Below, one piece after another: positions 29,452 through 38,135 of a stretch of 64,000 nt of DNA (positions are counted from its first letter, which is position 1; every line of letters starts with the position of its first letter). Under the pieces are notes generated by a model, which saw only the letters and a program-made list of their open reading frames with translations, had not been told where the DNA came from and did no database searches. Location of the stretch: assembly GCA_963845085.1 (NCBI GenBank), contig CAWJQI010000001.1:256001-320000 (forward strand), given 5' to 3'. The position numbers and the translations under genes were made by a program. Origin of the DNA: Candidatus Fermentibacterota bacterium (GTDB lineage Bacteria > Fermentibacterota > Fermentibacteria > Fermentibacterales > JCC-6).

Positions 29452-30578
29452 CGGGCCATCTCCAGGAGTGTCTGAACCCGTACCATGATCTGCTCCCTGT
29501 CACCCGGGCTGTAGTCCGTTTCCACCTTGAGGTAGGGAAGGTTCAGCTTCTTCCGCACGAACTCCCCGACCTGGTACGATTCCACGTTGTACGTGTGGCA
29601 TGCCTGCCAGACGAGGTCGACGACCGCGTCGGCCCTGAACCTTGCGGCAAGGCTCTCGAGAAGATCCAGCCTGCCCGTGTTCGGGGTCATGCAGCTGCAG
29701 GGGATCCTGAAGTGCTTTTCCGCGATGGCCGTGAGGGGATCGTTCTCCTCGCTCACGGGATCGAGGGGCTTTATGCCGCTGCATGTCTCCTGGACAACGA
29801 CAACGCCGCCGGCCTCCTCGATTATCTCCACCAGTTTCAGCGTGCCCTCGCTCATGGGGCAGCCGGTGACGAGAACCCTCGGAGCGTTTTCCCGGGCCGT
29901 GAACTTGCCCTCGGCCTTCCGCTGCTGCAGCACTTCGATGAGCTCGCGAAGCTTCTGAAGGTGGCCGGGCATGCCGGAAACCCTGTAGCGGAGCCTCCCG
30001 AGCTCAACACCGCTGATCACCGGTCTAGGTTCGGCGCCGAACTCCATCACGGTCCGGAGAAGCTCCCTCTCGATGTTCATCCTTCTGATGGCCTCACGCA
30101 TCGCATCTTCGGTGATCGGGGCGTCGTAGAGCTGCTCGAGCCTGGCCTTGAGCTTCTTCACCTCGAGAAGCCAGTGTTCCCACGCATCGGCCTCCCGGAC
30201 TTTCTGGGTCAGTTCAAGGATGTGCTGCGGCTTTCTGTCGCTGATGAGCTCCCACACCTTTTTCTTGCCGTCGCATGTGGTCTCGGCTACGATCATGTCG
30301 GCCATGCTGAAGAAGGGGCAGCCGTTGGTGAGGATGTAGCCTATCGACGACTTAATGAGGGGGCAGAGGTTGGCCGGAAGGACCGTTTCCGCAGGCGGTA
30401 TGGTCTTTCGGCTCGATCCGCAGAGGCAGACCGGGTACGCTCCCGCGGCGAGGATCAGGTCGCGAGGGGTGAACTCGCAATAGATTCCCACCACACCGCG
30501 GCCCCTGCGCTTCTCGTTCCTTGCGAAATCTATCTCCGCCCCGACGGAGTTCTGAAAGTACTCAAAGGGGTTGGTCAT
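29448..30578 (-). CDS. Double-cubane cluster protein (DCCP)-like member of the 2-hydroxyacyl-CoA dehydratase family
   Basis: Cys pattern YCEF, CLCG, NLCPLIKSS, CPFF, TTCDGKKK, ETCSG, CSCMTPN and ACHTYNVE. Confidence 0.85.
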   Translation of the reverse strand: MTNPFEYFQNSVGAEIDFARNEKRRGRGVVGIYCEFTPRDLILAAGAYPVCLCGSSRKTIPPAETVLPANLCPLIKSSIGYILTNGCPFFSMADMIVAETTCDGKKKVWELISDRKPQHILELTQKVREADAWEHWLLEVKKLKARLEQLYDAPITEDAMREAIRRMNIERELLRTVMEFGAEPRPVISGVELGRLRYRVSGMPGHLQKLRELIEVLQQRKAEGKFTARENAPRVLVTGCPMSEGTLKLVEIIEEAGGVVVVQETCSGIKPLDPVSEENDPLTAIAEKHFRIPCSCMTPNTGRLDLLESLAARFRADAVVDLVWQACHTYNVESYQVGEFVRKKLNLPYLKVETDYSPGDREQIMVRVQTLLEMAR

Positions 30579-31993
30579 CTTCCATTCTCCCTGCGCTGTT
30601 TCAGTATGTCCATGAAAGCCTCGATGCGGCTCCTCACCTGTTCGCTAATCCTTCCGGGACTGTAGGGCACATCGAAAGATAGAACCGGTATCCCCGTCTC
30701 GCGCTGGACAGCCTCCTGGATCACCCTGTCGTCCCATGCGCAATGACTTGCGCCGAAAATTCCGCTGATGAGCACCCCCTCCGCCCTGAAATGGCGGATG
30801 TCGTTCACGATGGCCCGTGCCCTCATGCTCGGCGGGCAGAGCAGCCTGTCGTCGAAGCAGTTCTCCGCAACCGCCGTGATGGGGTCGGTGTCGGTTCGCA
30901 GAGGAAGAAAGGCGTGGTTTATAAAATAGTCGGTACCCGCAATGCACCCTCCCAGTTCCTCGAGCAGGGTGATCAGGGAGGCATCGGTGGGCGGGAAGAC
31001 CCAGTAGACACGAAGCGGCGGTTCATCGCCCGGCAGCGGGGACCTGCCGGCGGCGAGCCTTTCGCGCGCCACATCCAGAAGCCCGGAGAGAACCGGAAAG
31101 CACTCCGCCGGGTCGCTGCAGGTGTGGATCGCGATGAACTCGGCCAGGTACATCTCAAGCCCCGGAAGGGGAGGACGATCCGCCTGGTAAACGAGTTCCC
31201 TGAGCTCCCTCACCATGCCGCGAAGCCTGTTGAAGAGCGCAACGCTTGCTGCGAGCATTCCGTCGGTGCAGCGCACGCCCGTGGTTTCCTCAAGAGCGGA
31301 GACGACACCGGCAAGCTGCGCCTTGAGGTAGTCGAGGTCGCGCGCGGAATATGGAACCCCCCCGAAGGGGGTCACGTCTGCGCTGCCGCCCGGCACGGGG
31401 GCGGTCATTTCCCACCAGTGAACCGGAATGCCCATTCCCTCAACGAGCTGCATGACGGCACTGAAGTCGTCGCAGCAGGCTCCCACGCCGGCCACGCACA
31501 GGTCGGGTCTGGGAAAGTAGTCAAGGGTTTTCATGGCGCCGAGAACAGCCCTGACGTAGCACAACTCCTCGGTGGCGCCCAGCTCCGATGCGTGAACCAG
31601 AAGGTGTGTGCTCTCAGCGAAGCATGGCGCCCACCAGAGCTCGTCGGCATAGAAGGACAGCTGGCCGGGGAACGCGTACGCGAGGACCGCCGTCTGACCA
31701 AGGTCCTTCATCAGGGCGATGATTCGGGCGCCGCTGTTCTTCGCGAGGAAAAGCCTGTCCTTCTCGCTGAAAAGGAAGGCCCAAAGACGAAGGGCCTCTG
31801 GTGAGCTGTCGAACATGAGCCTTCTGAGAAGCAGGTCGCCCCGGCACGAATACTCCCACGGCGTGAAAAGGTACGAAACCCCGCCGGGGATCATGTCACG
31901 GAGAAAACGGCAGGATGCGGCGAACGAGGGAGGAAGCGCCCGAGCACGGGGTTCCCACTCAAGGGCGGTGAGCTTCTTCACGGGATCATGCAT
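30575..31993 (-). CDS. 2-hydroxyacyl-CoA dehydratase (HGD-D) family Fe-S protein
   Basis: WWAPCF, ELCYVR, GACCDDF, GASHCAW and PVLSFD...RIEAF. Confidence 0.8.
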   Translation of the reverse strand: MHDPVKKLTALEWEPRARALPPSFAASCRFLRDMIPGGVSYLFTPWEYSCRGDLLLRRLMFDSSPEALRLWAFLFSEKDRLFLAKNSGARIIALMKDLGQTAVLAYAFPGQLSFYADELWWAPCFAESTHLLVHASELGATEELCYVRAVLGAMKTLDYFPRPDLCVAGVGACCDDFSAVMQLVEGMGIPVHWWEMTAPVPGGSADVTPFGGVPYSARDLDYLKAQLAGVVSALEETTGVRCTDGMLAASVALFNRLRGMVRELRELVYQADRPPLPGLEMYLAEFIAIHTCSDPAECFPVLSGLLDVARERLAAGRSPLPGDEPPLRVYWVFPPTDASLITLLEELGGCIAGTDYFINHAFLPLRTDTDPITAVAENCFDDRLLCPPSMRARAIVNDIRHFRAEGVLISGIFGASHCAWDDRVIQEAVQRETGIPVLSFDVPYSPGRISEQVRSRIEAFMDILKQRRENGR

Positions 31994-32987
31994 TCATGCC
32001 CTCCAGTGTCTCCACGAAGGCCTGAAGCCTGACCCTGGTGCGCTCCCTCTCGCCCGGGGAGTTGTCTCCGTTCAGAACGAGCACCGGGATCGAAAGGCAT
32101 TCCTTGAAACGCTGCTTCTCGGTATGCCACAGGTCGCAGAAGGACAGGCTTTTAAGAACAAGCCCGTGGCACCCGCCAAGTGCCGTTGTCTCATTGATCC
32201 ATCTGAAGGTGTCAGAGTTGGGGCGGTTCCGGATGCAGAGCGTGTCGGCGAACGAGGCCAGAGCAAGGTCTTCCGGTGAACCGCTCCCGGGATGCGTTGA
32301 CGGAAGGCCGGAAAGCCCTGTGCAGCCCAGCGGAAGGTAACCCGCCCCAAGGCCCTGAAGGGTCGCGGGAACGGTGTCATCCCCAAGCGTGACAACGCTT
32401 CCGGTCACGGCGACTCGAACCCCCGGAGAAAAACCCACGGTGCCGTCCGCCGGCAAAAGGGCGTGTTCCGTATGAAAGCCGAGGAAGAGCCTGTGAAGAT
32501 CGAGCGGCGGTACGGACCAGGAAAGGGCGGCCTTACGAAGACGTTCGGCCGAGTCGATCCTTGCAAGCTCCCATGCAAGAGCGGCTGCGGGGTCGTAGCG
32601 GGATGCCAGCCCGGCATCGATCAGCCGATCCACCAGGTGGGCGATCGATGACGCGAACCACGCCGCAGACTCACGGGAACGGGTGGCGGGAAGCTGGAAC
32701 TGGAATACCGGCTTCCCGCTGATCCGCTCCAGCTCCTGGAACAGCCTCCTTGTCATGTCGCAGGTGTACATGCCGGCCCACGCATCAACCGAGCCGGCCG
32801 CACCGAAGCCCGATACCGCCTCTCCGAGAATCGACTTCACGAAGGGGCACAGGTCGGGCCTTACAAGGGCTTCACCCGCCCTTTCGTCCTCTCCCCGCCA
32901 GCCGGAGACGGCCCGCACCGGACGCATGCCGAGACCGCTTGCGACGGCCGGGGGAAATGCCCGGCAAAGGTAACCCAGGGAGTTTAT
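31986..32987 (-). CDS. 2-hydroxyacyl-CoA dehydratase (HGD-D) family Fe-S protein
   Basis: DLCPFVKS, YTCDMTRR, CIRNRPN, FCDLW and RLQAFVE. Family similarity extends 20 codons upstream of ATG 32927 to ATA 32987. Confidence 0.8.
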   Translation of the reverse strand: MNSLGYLCRAFPPAVASGLGMRPVRAVSGWRGEDERAGEALVRPDLCPFVKSILGEAVSGFGAAGSVDAWAGMYTCDMTRRLFQELERISGKPVFQFQLPATRSRESAAWFASSIAHLVDRLIDAGLASRYDPAAALAWELARIDSAERLRKAALSWSVPPLDLHRLFLGFHTEHALLPADGTVGFSPGVRVAVTGSVVTLGDDTVPATLQGLGAGYLPLGCTGLSGLPSTHPGSGSPEDLALASFADTLCIRNRPNSDTFRWINETTALGGCHGLVLKSLSFCDLWHTEKQRFKECLSIPVLVLNGDNSPGERERTRVRLQAFVETLEGMNA

Positions 32988-33790
32988 ACGTCCTCCTTGA
33001 CCGCCACGAACCTGCCCCTTCCGAAGGCGCCCTCACGGGCCTTTTCGAGCATGAAGCCGAACTCCGAACCCAGGAAGTTGAACACATCGGTGTTCCAGCC
33101 GAGGATCTGCATGGCGTCGAAATGCCTCTGGCCGGCGAGCTGCCCGAGGTAGTTGCCGATGTGGTCGGCGAAGTCGGCCGTGAGGTCGGACGATTCAATG
33201 ACCCTGAACCCGTTCTTTCTGAGCAGACTGCTGTAACATTCCATGCAGAGCATGTCGGGGAATTTCATCGTTGTACAGATCCGCCGGGCCGATTCGTCGT
33301 CCATTCCGGCCGGACCAATGAGCCAGTCGGTGAACGCGATCGTGCCACCGGGCTTCAGCACCCTTGCGGCCTCTTCGATGAGCCTGCCCTTGTCAACCAC
33401 GTAGCACCAGGCGTCCTCGCCCCAGACTCCGTCGAAACGGCAGTCGGGGTAGGGTATGGCCGTGACGTCCCCCAGTTTGACCTCGGTGCTTTCCCCGAGG
33501 CCGGCCTCGGAAAGCCTCCTCTTCGATTCCTCGACCATGTGCGGGGTGGCGTCCACACCGTACGCCCGCACACCGTATGTTCTTGCAAGGAAATGCATGC
33601 CCGCACCCAGCGCCGAGCACAGGTCTACCACCTCGTCACCCGGCTTCCAGCCGGCGGCGTCGCCGAGGGCCTTCGAGCTGGCGTATCCACCGATGTGGAT
33701 CTGCTCGCCCATAATGAGTTCCCAAAGCCTTCCCTCGAAGCCGCTGTAAACCTGCTTCACCTCTTCAAGGGTCATTCCTGTCTTCTTCAT
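32984..33790 (-). CDS. Class I SAM-dependent methyltransferase
   Basis: VVDLCSALGAG, GVDAT, GDVTAIPY..FDGVW and RVLKPGG; AAGGAG before ATG 33790. Confidence 0.88.
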   Translation of the reverse strand: MKKTGMTLEEVKQVYSGFEGRLWELIMGEQIHIGGYASSKALGDAAGWKPGDEVVDLCSALGAGMHFLARTYGVRAYGVDATPHMVEESKRRLSEAGLGESTEVKLGDVTAIPYPDCRFDGVWGEDAWCYVVDKGRLIEEAARVLKPGGTIAFTDWLIGPAGMDDESARRICTTMKFPDMLCMECYSSLLRKNGFRVIESSDLTADFADHIGNYLGQLAGQRHFDAMQILGWNTDVFNFLGSEFGFMLEKAREGAFGRGRFVAVKEDV

Positions 33791-33791
33791 T

Positions 33792-33960
33792 CCGCTCTCC
33801 TTCCACATTGCCGGGTTTCCGGCGTTTTGTGGAGAGCGGGAAACGGATCAGGGAGATTCGGCCCGCGCTCCACCTGACGAGTGGCTCCCACGGAGCCTGA
33901 GTGGGGCGCTTCAGGTACGGTTGACGATTGAACGTGGCATCTGCCGATTCCCTTCGTTTC
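33792..33960 (-). ncRNA. Candidate cis-regulatory RNA (riboswitch-like 5' UTR)
   Basis: Nested stems plus a hairpin that sequesters the Shine-Dalgarno sequence, located between the promoter and the start codon. Confidence 0.6.
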
Positions 33961-33978
33961 TTATCGGGCTATTCATGA

Positions 33979-34007
33979 AACTTACCCCGGGGAAACTTCC
34001 GGGTCAA
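33979..34007 (-). promoter_or_regulatory. Sigma70 promoter of the methyltransferase-dehydratase operon
   Basis: TTGACC-17nt-TAAGTT. Confidence 0.65.
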
Positions 34008-34093
34008 GTGGACTATCTAACTTGACAAACACCTTTCGAGTTAGAATAACTGCATTGCTTCCGAAACATATCTCGATCAATTAGGAGGGGTTT

Positions 34094-34933
34094 ATGCAGT
34101 TAATCATGATTGCACTTTGTCTTGTCGGGTTCTCGGATGACGGGAACCTGAACAGCCCGGCTATCAACGACTGGTCGCCGGTCGACGCAAGCATCTCGTT
34201 CACGGTCCTTGACACCTGGAACATCACCTGGGCCGACCAGGTCCTCGGCCTGGCCACCTGGGAAACCGGCTCTTCGGTTAACATCCTCTACAGCGAGAGC
34301 TCGGGCATGGAGATCGGAAGCCTCAACCCCGCCACCGGCGCAACAGCGGGTTCCGCGCCCAAGCCGGCGGCCGCCGGGATGGGGTTCGGCATCGCCTTCA
34401 ACGACAACCTCACCACCCCCATCTATCACATCAACAGCTGGCAGTACAGCAACCTCTGGTACACCTCCGACAACTTCTCCACCTGGCAGACCGTTGCCAA
34501 CCCCTGCGCCACCGGCGGCCGCGGCATGTCCTACGACGGCGAGAACTACTGGCAGAGCAACAGCACAAGCCTTGTCCGCTTCGTTCCCAACGTGGGCGCC
34601 CAGACGTTCACGAACGCAGCCCCCACACAGATCTCCGGTGTGGCAGTGGTGCCGGGTGACAACCCCTCCTACACCTACGTCCTGATTACCACCTACAACA
34701 CCGACACCTTCATCCTTTACTCCTTCGACGGCACGAACCTCACGCAGGTCGCCACCGGAACACAGCCCTCCGGGCTGGGCAACTCGGCCCGCTACGGGCT
34801 CACCTGGAGCTACGACCGCGAATCCCTCTTCTTCGGCTACCCGATCAGCGGCGGTTATGCCATCAGCGAACTCGAGTTCGATGTGGTCTCCCTCACCCGC
34901 GACACCTGGGCGGGCATCAAGAGCGCTTTCTAG
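34094..34933 (+). CDS. Secreted beta-rich protein with a C-terminal SLTRDTWAGIKSAF motif
   Basis: AGGAGG Shine-Dalgarno, signal peptide and strongly C-ending codons. Confidence 0.85.
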   Translation: MQLIMIALCLVGFSDDGNLNSPAINDWSPVDASISFTVLDTWNITWADQVLGLATWETGSSVNILYSESSGMEIGSLNPATGATAGSAPKPAAAGMGFGIAFNDNLTTPIYHINSWQYSNLWYTSDNFSTWQTVANPCATGGRGMSYDGENYWQSNSTSLVRFVPNVGAQTFTNAAPTQISGVAVVPGDNPSYTYVLITTYNTDTFILYSFDGTNLTQVATGTQPSGLGNSARYGLTWSYDRESLFFGYPISGGYAISELEFDVVSLTRDTWAGIKSAF

Positions 34934-34951
34934 ACTGCATCGGTGAATGAC

Positions 34952-34978
34952 GAGGGGCGGGTTTCATGCCCGCCCCTC
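34952..34978. terminator. Intrinsic terminator between convergent genes
   Basis: GAGGGGCGGG-TTTCATG-CCCGCCCCTC followed by TCTTATT. Confidence 0.75.
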
Positions 34979-35000
34979 TCTTATTGCACTAAGGAACCTG

Positions 35001-35612
35001 CTACTTGGAGTAGAACTCCACGACGGCGCGTTCCTGTACTTCGATGGGCACATCCTCGCGCGCGGGGATGGCCTTTACGGTGATTTTTCTGTCCTGCGGG
35101 GCAGCTTCGAGGAACGAGGGCACCCCGATGCCGCTTCCGCCCGTTATGTGATCGACGACTATCTTGAGGTCACGGCTCTTCTGCTGAAGGGTGACCTGGT
35201 CGCCCACCTTCAGAAGGTAGCTGGCGATGTCCACGCGCTTTCCGTTGACCTGCACATGGCCGTGGTTGACAAGCTGCCTGGCCGCGGCGATCGTGGGGCT
35301 GAAGCCTCCGCGGGCGACGACGTTGTCAAGGCGGCGCTCGATCAGCTGAAGCAGGTTGACGCCTGTTTCTCCGGCCATCCTGCTGGCCTCCTGGTAGTAT
35401 GCCCGCAGCTGCTTCTCACTGAGGCCGTAGTTGAAGCGGATCTTCTGCTTCTCCTGAAGCTGGAGGCGGAATGTGGATACCCGCCTTCTCTTCTTCATGG
35501 CGCCCTGTTCGCCGGGTGTGTTCTGGTTCCTGGGCTCCTTGCGGACAAGACCAGGAAGCGGGGTTCCGAGAGCCCTGACCTTCTTCAGGCGGGCGCTTCT
35601 GAACCTTCCCAT
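35001..35612 (-). CDS. rpsD: 30S ribosomal protein S4
   Basis: LQEKQKIRFNYGLSEKQ, ERRLDNVV, ARQLVNHGH and VVEFYSK. Confidence 0.96.
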   Translation of the reverse strand: MGRFRSARLKKVRALGTPLPGLVRKEPRNQNTPGEQGAMKKRRRVSTFRLQLQEKQKIRFNYGLSEKQLRAYYQEASRMAGETGVNLLQLIERRLDNVVARGGFSPTIAAARQLVNHGHVQVNGKRVDIASYLLKVGDQVTLQQKSRDLKIVVDHITGGSGIGVPSFLEAAPQDRKITVKAIPAREDVPIEVQERAVVEFYSK

Positions 35613-35697
35613 TCTGTTGCTCCTTCTGTTTCAGGTTCTTCTGCGGCAGCATCAGCTCAAATATCTGCCGCAAGCTGCTTACTGGAAACGAGCCCGT

Positions 35698-35726
35698 AAC
35701 TTACATCAAAAGAAGGGGGCGGTCAA
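35698..35726 (-). promoter_or_regulatory. Sigma70 promoter of rpsD, with the -35 box inside the upstream terminator
   Basis: TTGACC-17nt-TAAGTT. Confidence 0.6.
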
Positions 35727-35740
35727 GGTTGACCGCCCCC
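35708..35740 (-). terminator. Intrinsic terminator of the C25 peptidase gene
   Basis: GGGGGCGGTCAA-CC-TTGACCGCCCCC followed by TTCTTTT. Confidence 0.8.
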
Positions 35741-35755
35741 AATGGTGGGAAAGTG

Positions 35756-38005
35756 TCAGCGAACGACCACGCAGGAACGGGTGGCCGTGCCCTCGGGGGT
35801 CGAGAGCCTGTAGAAGTAGACCCCGCCGGGAACCTGTGTGCCCCTGGCATCGGTTCCGTCCCAGATGACGCTGTGGCTGCCCGCCGGAAGATCACCCTGC
35901 TGAAGGGTTCTCACAATCCTTCCGGACAGGTCGAACACCTGAAGGGAAACATGCCCGCCCGTGGTGGTGCCGAAGGCGATCGTGGTACCGGCTGCGATCG
36001 GGTTGGGGCTTGCCGTTGAAAGATGGAAGCCGGGAACGGTTGCTCCGGCTTCACCCTCGGTGCCGACGCCGGTGGGGACCATGACCTGGAGGGGGTAGAG
36101 GTTGTGGGCGGTCACGGTGAAGGTCACGTCATCCGAGCCGGGTGTTGTTGGGATGTTGAGCGTAATGAGACCCGAGGCGTCGGTGCGGCCGCTGGCGAGA
36201 ACAGTCGTGCCCTGGCAGAGCCCCACCATTGCGTTGCTCACGGGAGAGCCGCCGGCGGTGACGGTGACAGGGAATGCGCCGGTGCCGACCTCGGACGGGT
36301 GAGTTGCGCTGAGGTGGACCAGGGGGCCGGTGGTGGTGAAGATGTCATGCTCGGGCTCGCCCATGATCATGTGCATGTTGCTGTTGCTGGCGTTGCCCGT
36401 GTATTCGTAGGCCTTGATCTTGCCGTAGTCAAAAGCCTGCCCCATGTGGTACATGTCAAGCTGGAAGTAGCCCTTGAACTGGTAAAGCGCAAGGGAGTCG
36501 GTCGGGCCGACCGGGCTGTTCACCGTGGCGCCCATGAAGCCCACGGCACCCCTCGGGGTGGCGATGGAACCGCTCTTCAGCCAGGCCTCGCCGAAGCAGT
36601 CACTGCTTCCGCCGTCAGCGAACTGGCAGTTCACGCAGGCGATTGAGCTTACCCAGGGGAGCATCCTGCCGTTGGTCAGGGCGGCAACGTTGCTGTTGTT
36701 GAAGCCGGTGGTTCCCCAGCTGGTTCGGGAGCCGTGGCCGATGTAGCTGAACAGCGAAAGACCGCTGTTGATCTCGGCGGAAAGGAGGGCCACCGTGGGG
36801 TTGATGCCGCCGTAGGTGCCGGTGGGGCAGTACAGGGTGACGTCCATGTTGCCGTCGGTGGCCATGATCTGCATGTAGCGCCAGGACATGAGCGGATCCT
36901 GAAAGTCGCTCGAACCCACGCTTACCGCATACTGGAACCAGCTGGCGGCCGGCTCGTAGGGATCCGTCTCGTATGACCAGACCTTCCAGGAGACGTAGTT
37001 CAGTGTTGCGGTGTCGGCGCAGAGCCTTCCGACATGGATGCTGGGATCAACACCGGTGCCGATGACACCGTACTGGTTGTCGGAGGCGATGCTGCCGGCC
37101 CAGTAGGCGGGAACACCGGCCTCGTCACCGAGAAGCAGCACCCACTCGGGGGGGTTGCTCCAGGTGTTGAAGGCGTTCTCGATATACGTATTCACCGCGG
37201 CGGAAGTGTTGCCGATGTTTTCCATCAGGCCGATCTGGACATCGTAGCCCTTTTCCCGCTTCCACTGGATGAGGTCGGCGCAGAGGTCTACCGCAGACTG
37301 CGAACCTATGACCAGGTATGAGCCTTCAACGATCGCGTCGGTTTCCTGGAAGCCGAGGACCTCGCGGTAATAGGGAAGAAAACTGCGGGTGATGCCGGCA
37401 GGGACACGGAAGAGCTCGTTCTCGCCGGGTGTGCCGTCGCTCACGAGCCTGGCTGTGACGCTGGTGGTGACGATTGTCTGGCCGGTCACGGGGTTGACCT
37501 GCACCGGATTGAAGCAAACCCAGGCAACCCTGATGTCGCGCAGAATGCTTATGCTGTGAAGGGTGACAGGGCTGGCGGGGTAGAATTCACTTGTGCCGTA
37601 AACTTCAGCGTCAACCCTGAGGGGCTGCTCTGCACCGTTTCTCTCCTGGAAGGGCTGGAAGGGAAGAACGTTGTAGTTGCCCAGGGTGCTTGTCTCTGCG
37701 CTCACTATCTCGATGCTGATGCCGCCGGTAGCGGGGATCTGGACCATTTTTCTGATCACCGGCAGATCGGGGGTTCCGATCTCCGTGCCGTAACCGCCCT
37801 CGGGAACCCTGAACACCACACCCGAGCCATAGCCCTCGAGGCTGGCGTCGGTCGTGGTCAGGGCCTGCAGGTTGAAACGAACGAGCTGGCCGGAATCGGT
37901 GCCAAGGTACTCGGCGGCCTCAACGGGCTGGGGTGCGCGGTAAACAGTACCCCCCGATGCGAGAAACGCCAGCAGAAATACTGTAACGAGAAACAGTTTC
38001 ACCAC
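35756..38005 (-). CDS. Gingipain-like C25 cysteine peptidase with propeptide and FlgD/T9SS-like tail
   Basis: GTPDLPV propeptide, IQWKREKG, LLGD, SDNQY, HVGRL, catalytic GHG and IACVNC, and a C-terminal PNP..FDLSGR..WDGTD..GVYFYRL. Confidence 0.9.
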   Translation of the reverse strand: MVKLFLVTVFLLAFLASGGTVYRAPQPVEAAEYLGTDSGQLVRFNLQALTTTDASLEGYGSGVVFRVPEGGYGTEIGTPDLPVIRKMVQIPATGGISIEIVSAETSTLGNYNVLPFQPFQERNGAEQPLRVDAEVYGTSEFYPASPVTLHSISILRDIRVAWVCFNPVQVNPVTGQTIVTTSVTARLVSDGTPGENELFRVPAGITRSFLPYYREVLGFQETDAIVEGSYLVIGSQSAVDLCADLIQWKREKGYDVQIGLMENIGNTSAAVNTYIENAFNTWSNPPEWVLLLGDEAGVPAYWAGSIASDNQYGVIGTGVDPSIHVGRLCADTATLNYVSWKVWSYETDPYEPAASWFQYAVSVGSSDFQDPLMSWRYMQIMATDGNMDVTLYCPTGTYGGINPTVALLSAEINSGLSLFSYIGHGSRTSWGTTGFNNSNVAALTNGRMLPWVSSIACVNCQFADGGSSDCFGEAWLKSGSIATPRGAVGFMGATVNSPVGPTDSLALYQFKGYFQLDMYHMGQAFDYGKIKAYEYTGNASNSNMHMIMGEPEHDIFTTTGPLVHLSATHPSEVGTGAFPVTVTAGGSPVSNAMVGLCQGTTVLASGRTDASGLITLNIPTTPGSDDVTFTVTAHNLYPLQVMVPTGVGTEGEAGATVPGFHLSTASPNPIAAGTTIAFGTTTGGHVSLQVFDLSGRIVRTLQQGDLPAGSHSVIWDGTDARGTQVPGGVYFYRLSTPEGTATRSCVVVR

Positions 38006-38058
38006 TTACCTCCGATTCGAGAATACCGATGAACAGGATTAAGACTCACCTTATGCAA

Positions 38059-38087
38059 AAGTTACAAACCTTTTACCCGCAAGTCAA
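38059..38087 (-). promoter_or_regulatory. Sigma70 promoter
   Basis: TTGACT-17nt-TAACTT. Confidence 0.6.
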
Positions 38088-38135
38088 TAAGAAGTTTCAG
38101 GAACTCCCCGGCCGCGCATCCCAACGCAAAGCGCT

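Noticed and set aside
33850..33955. 6S RNA or cobalamin riboswitch
   Set aside because: Too short for 6S, with a one-sided bulge; lacks the B12 box and core cobalamin motifs.
34022..34047. TTGACA...TAGAAT promoter for the 34094 gene
   Set aside because: The spacer is only 14 nt; a promoter is likely nearby but cannot be pinned down.
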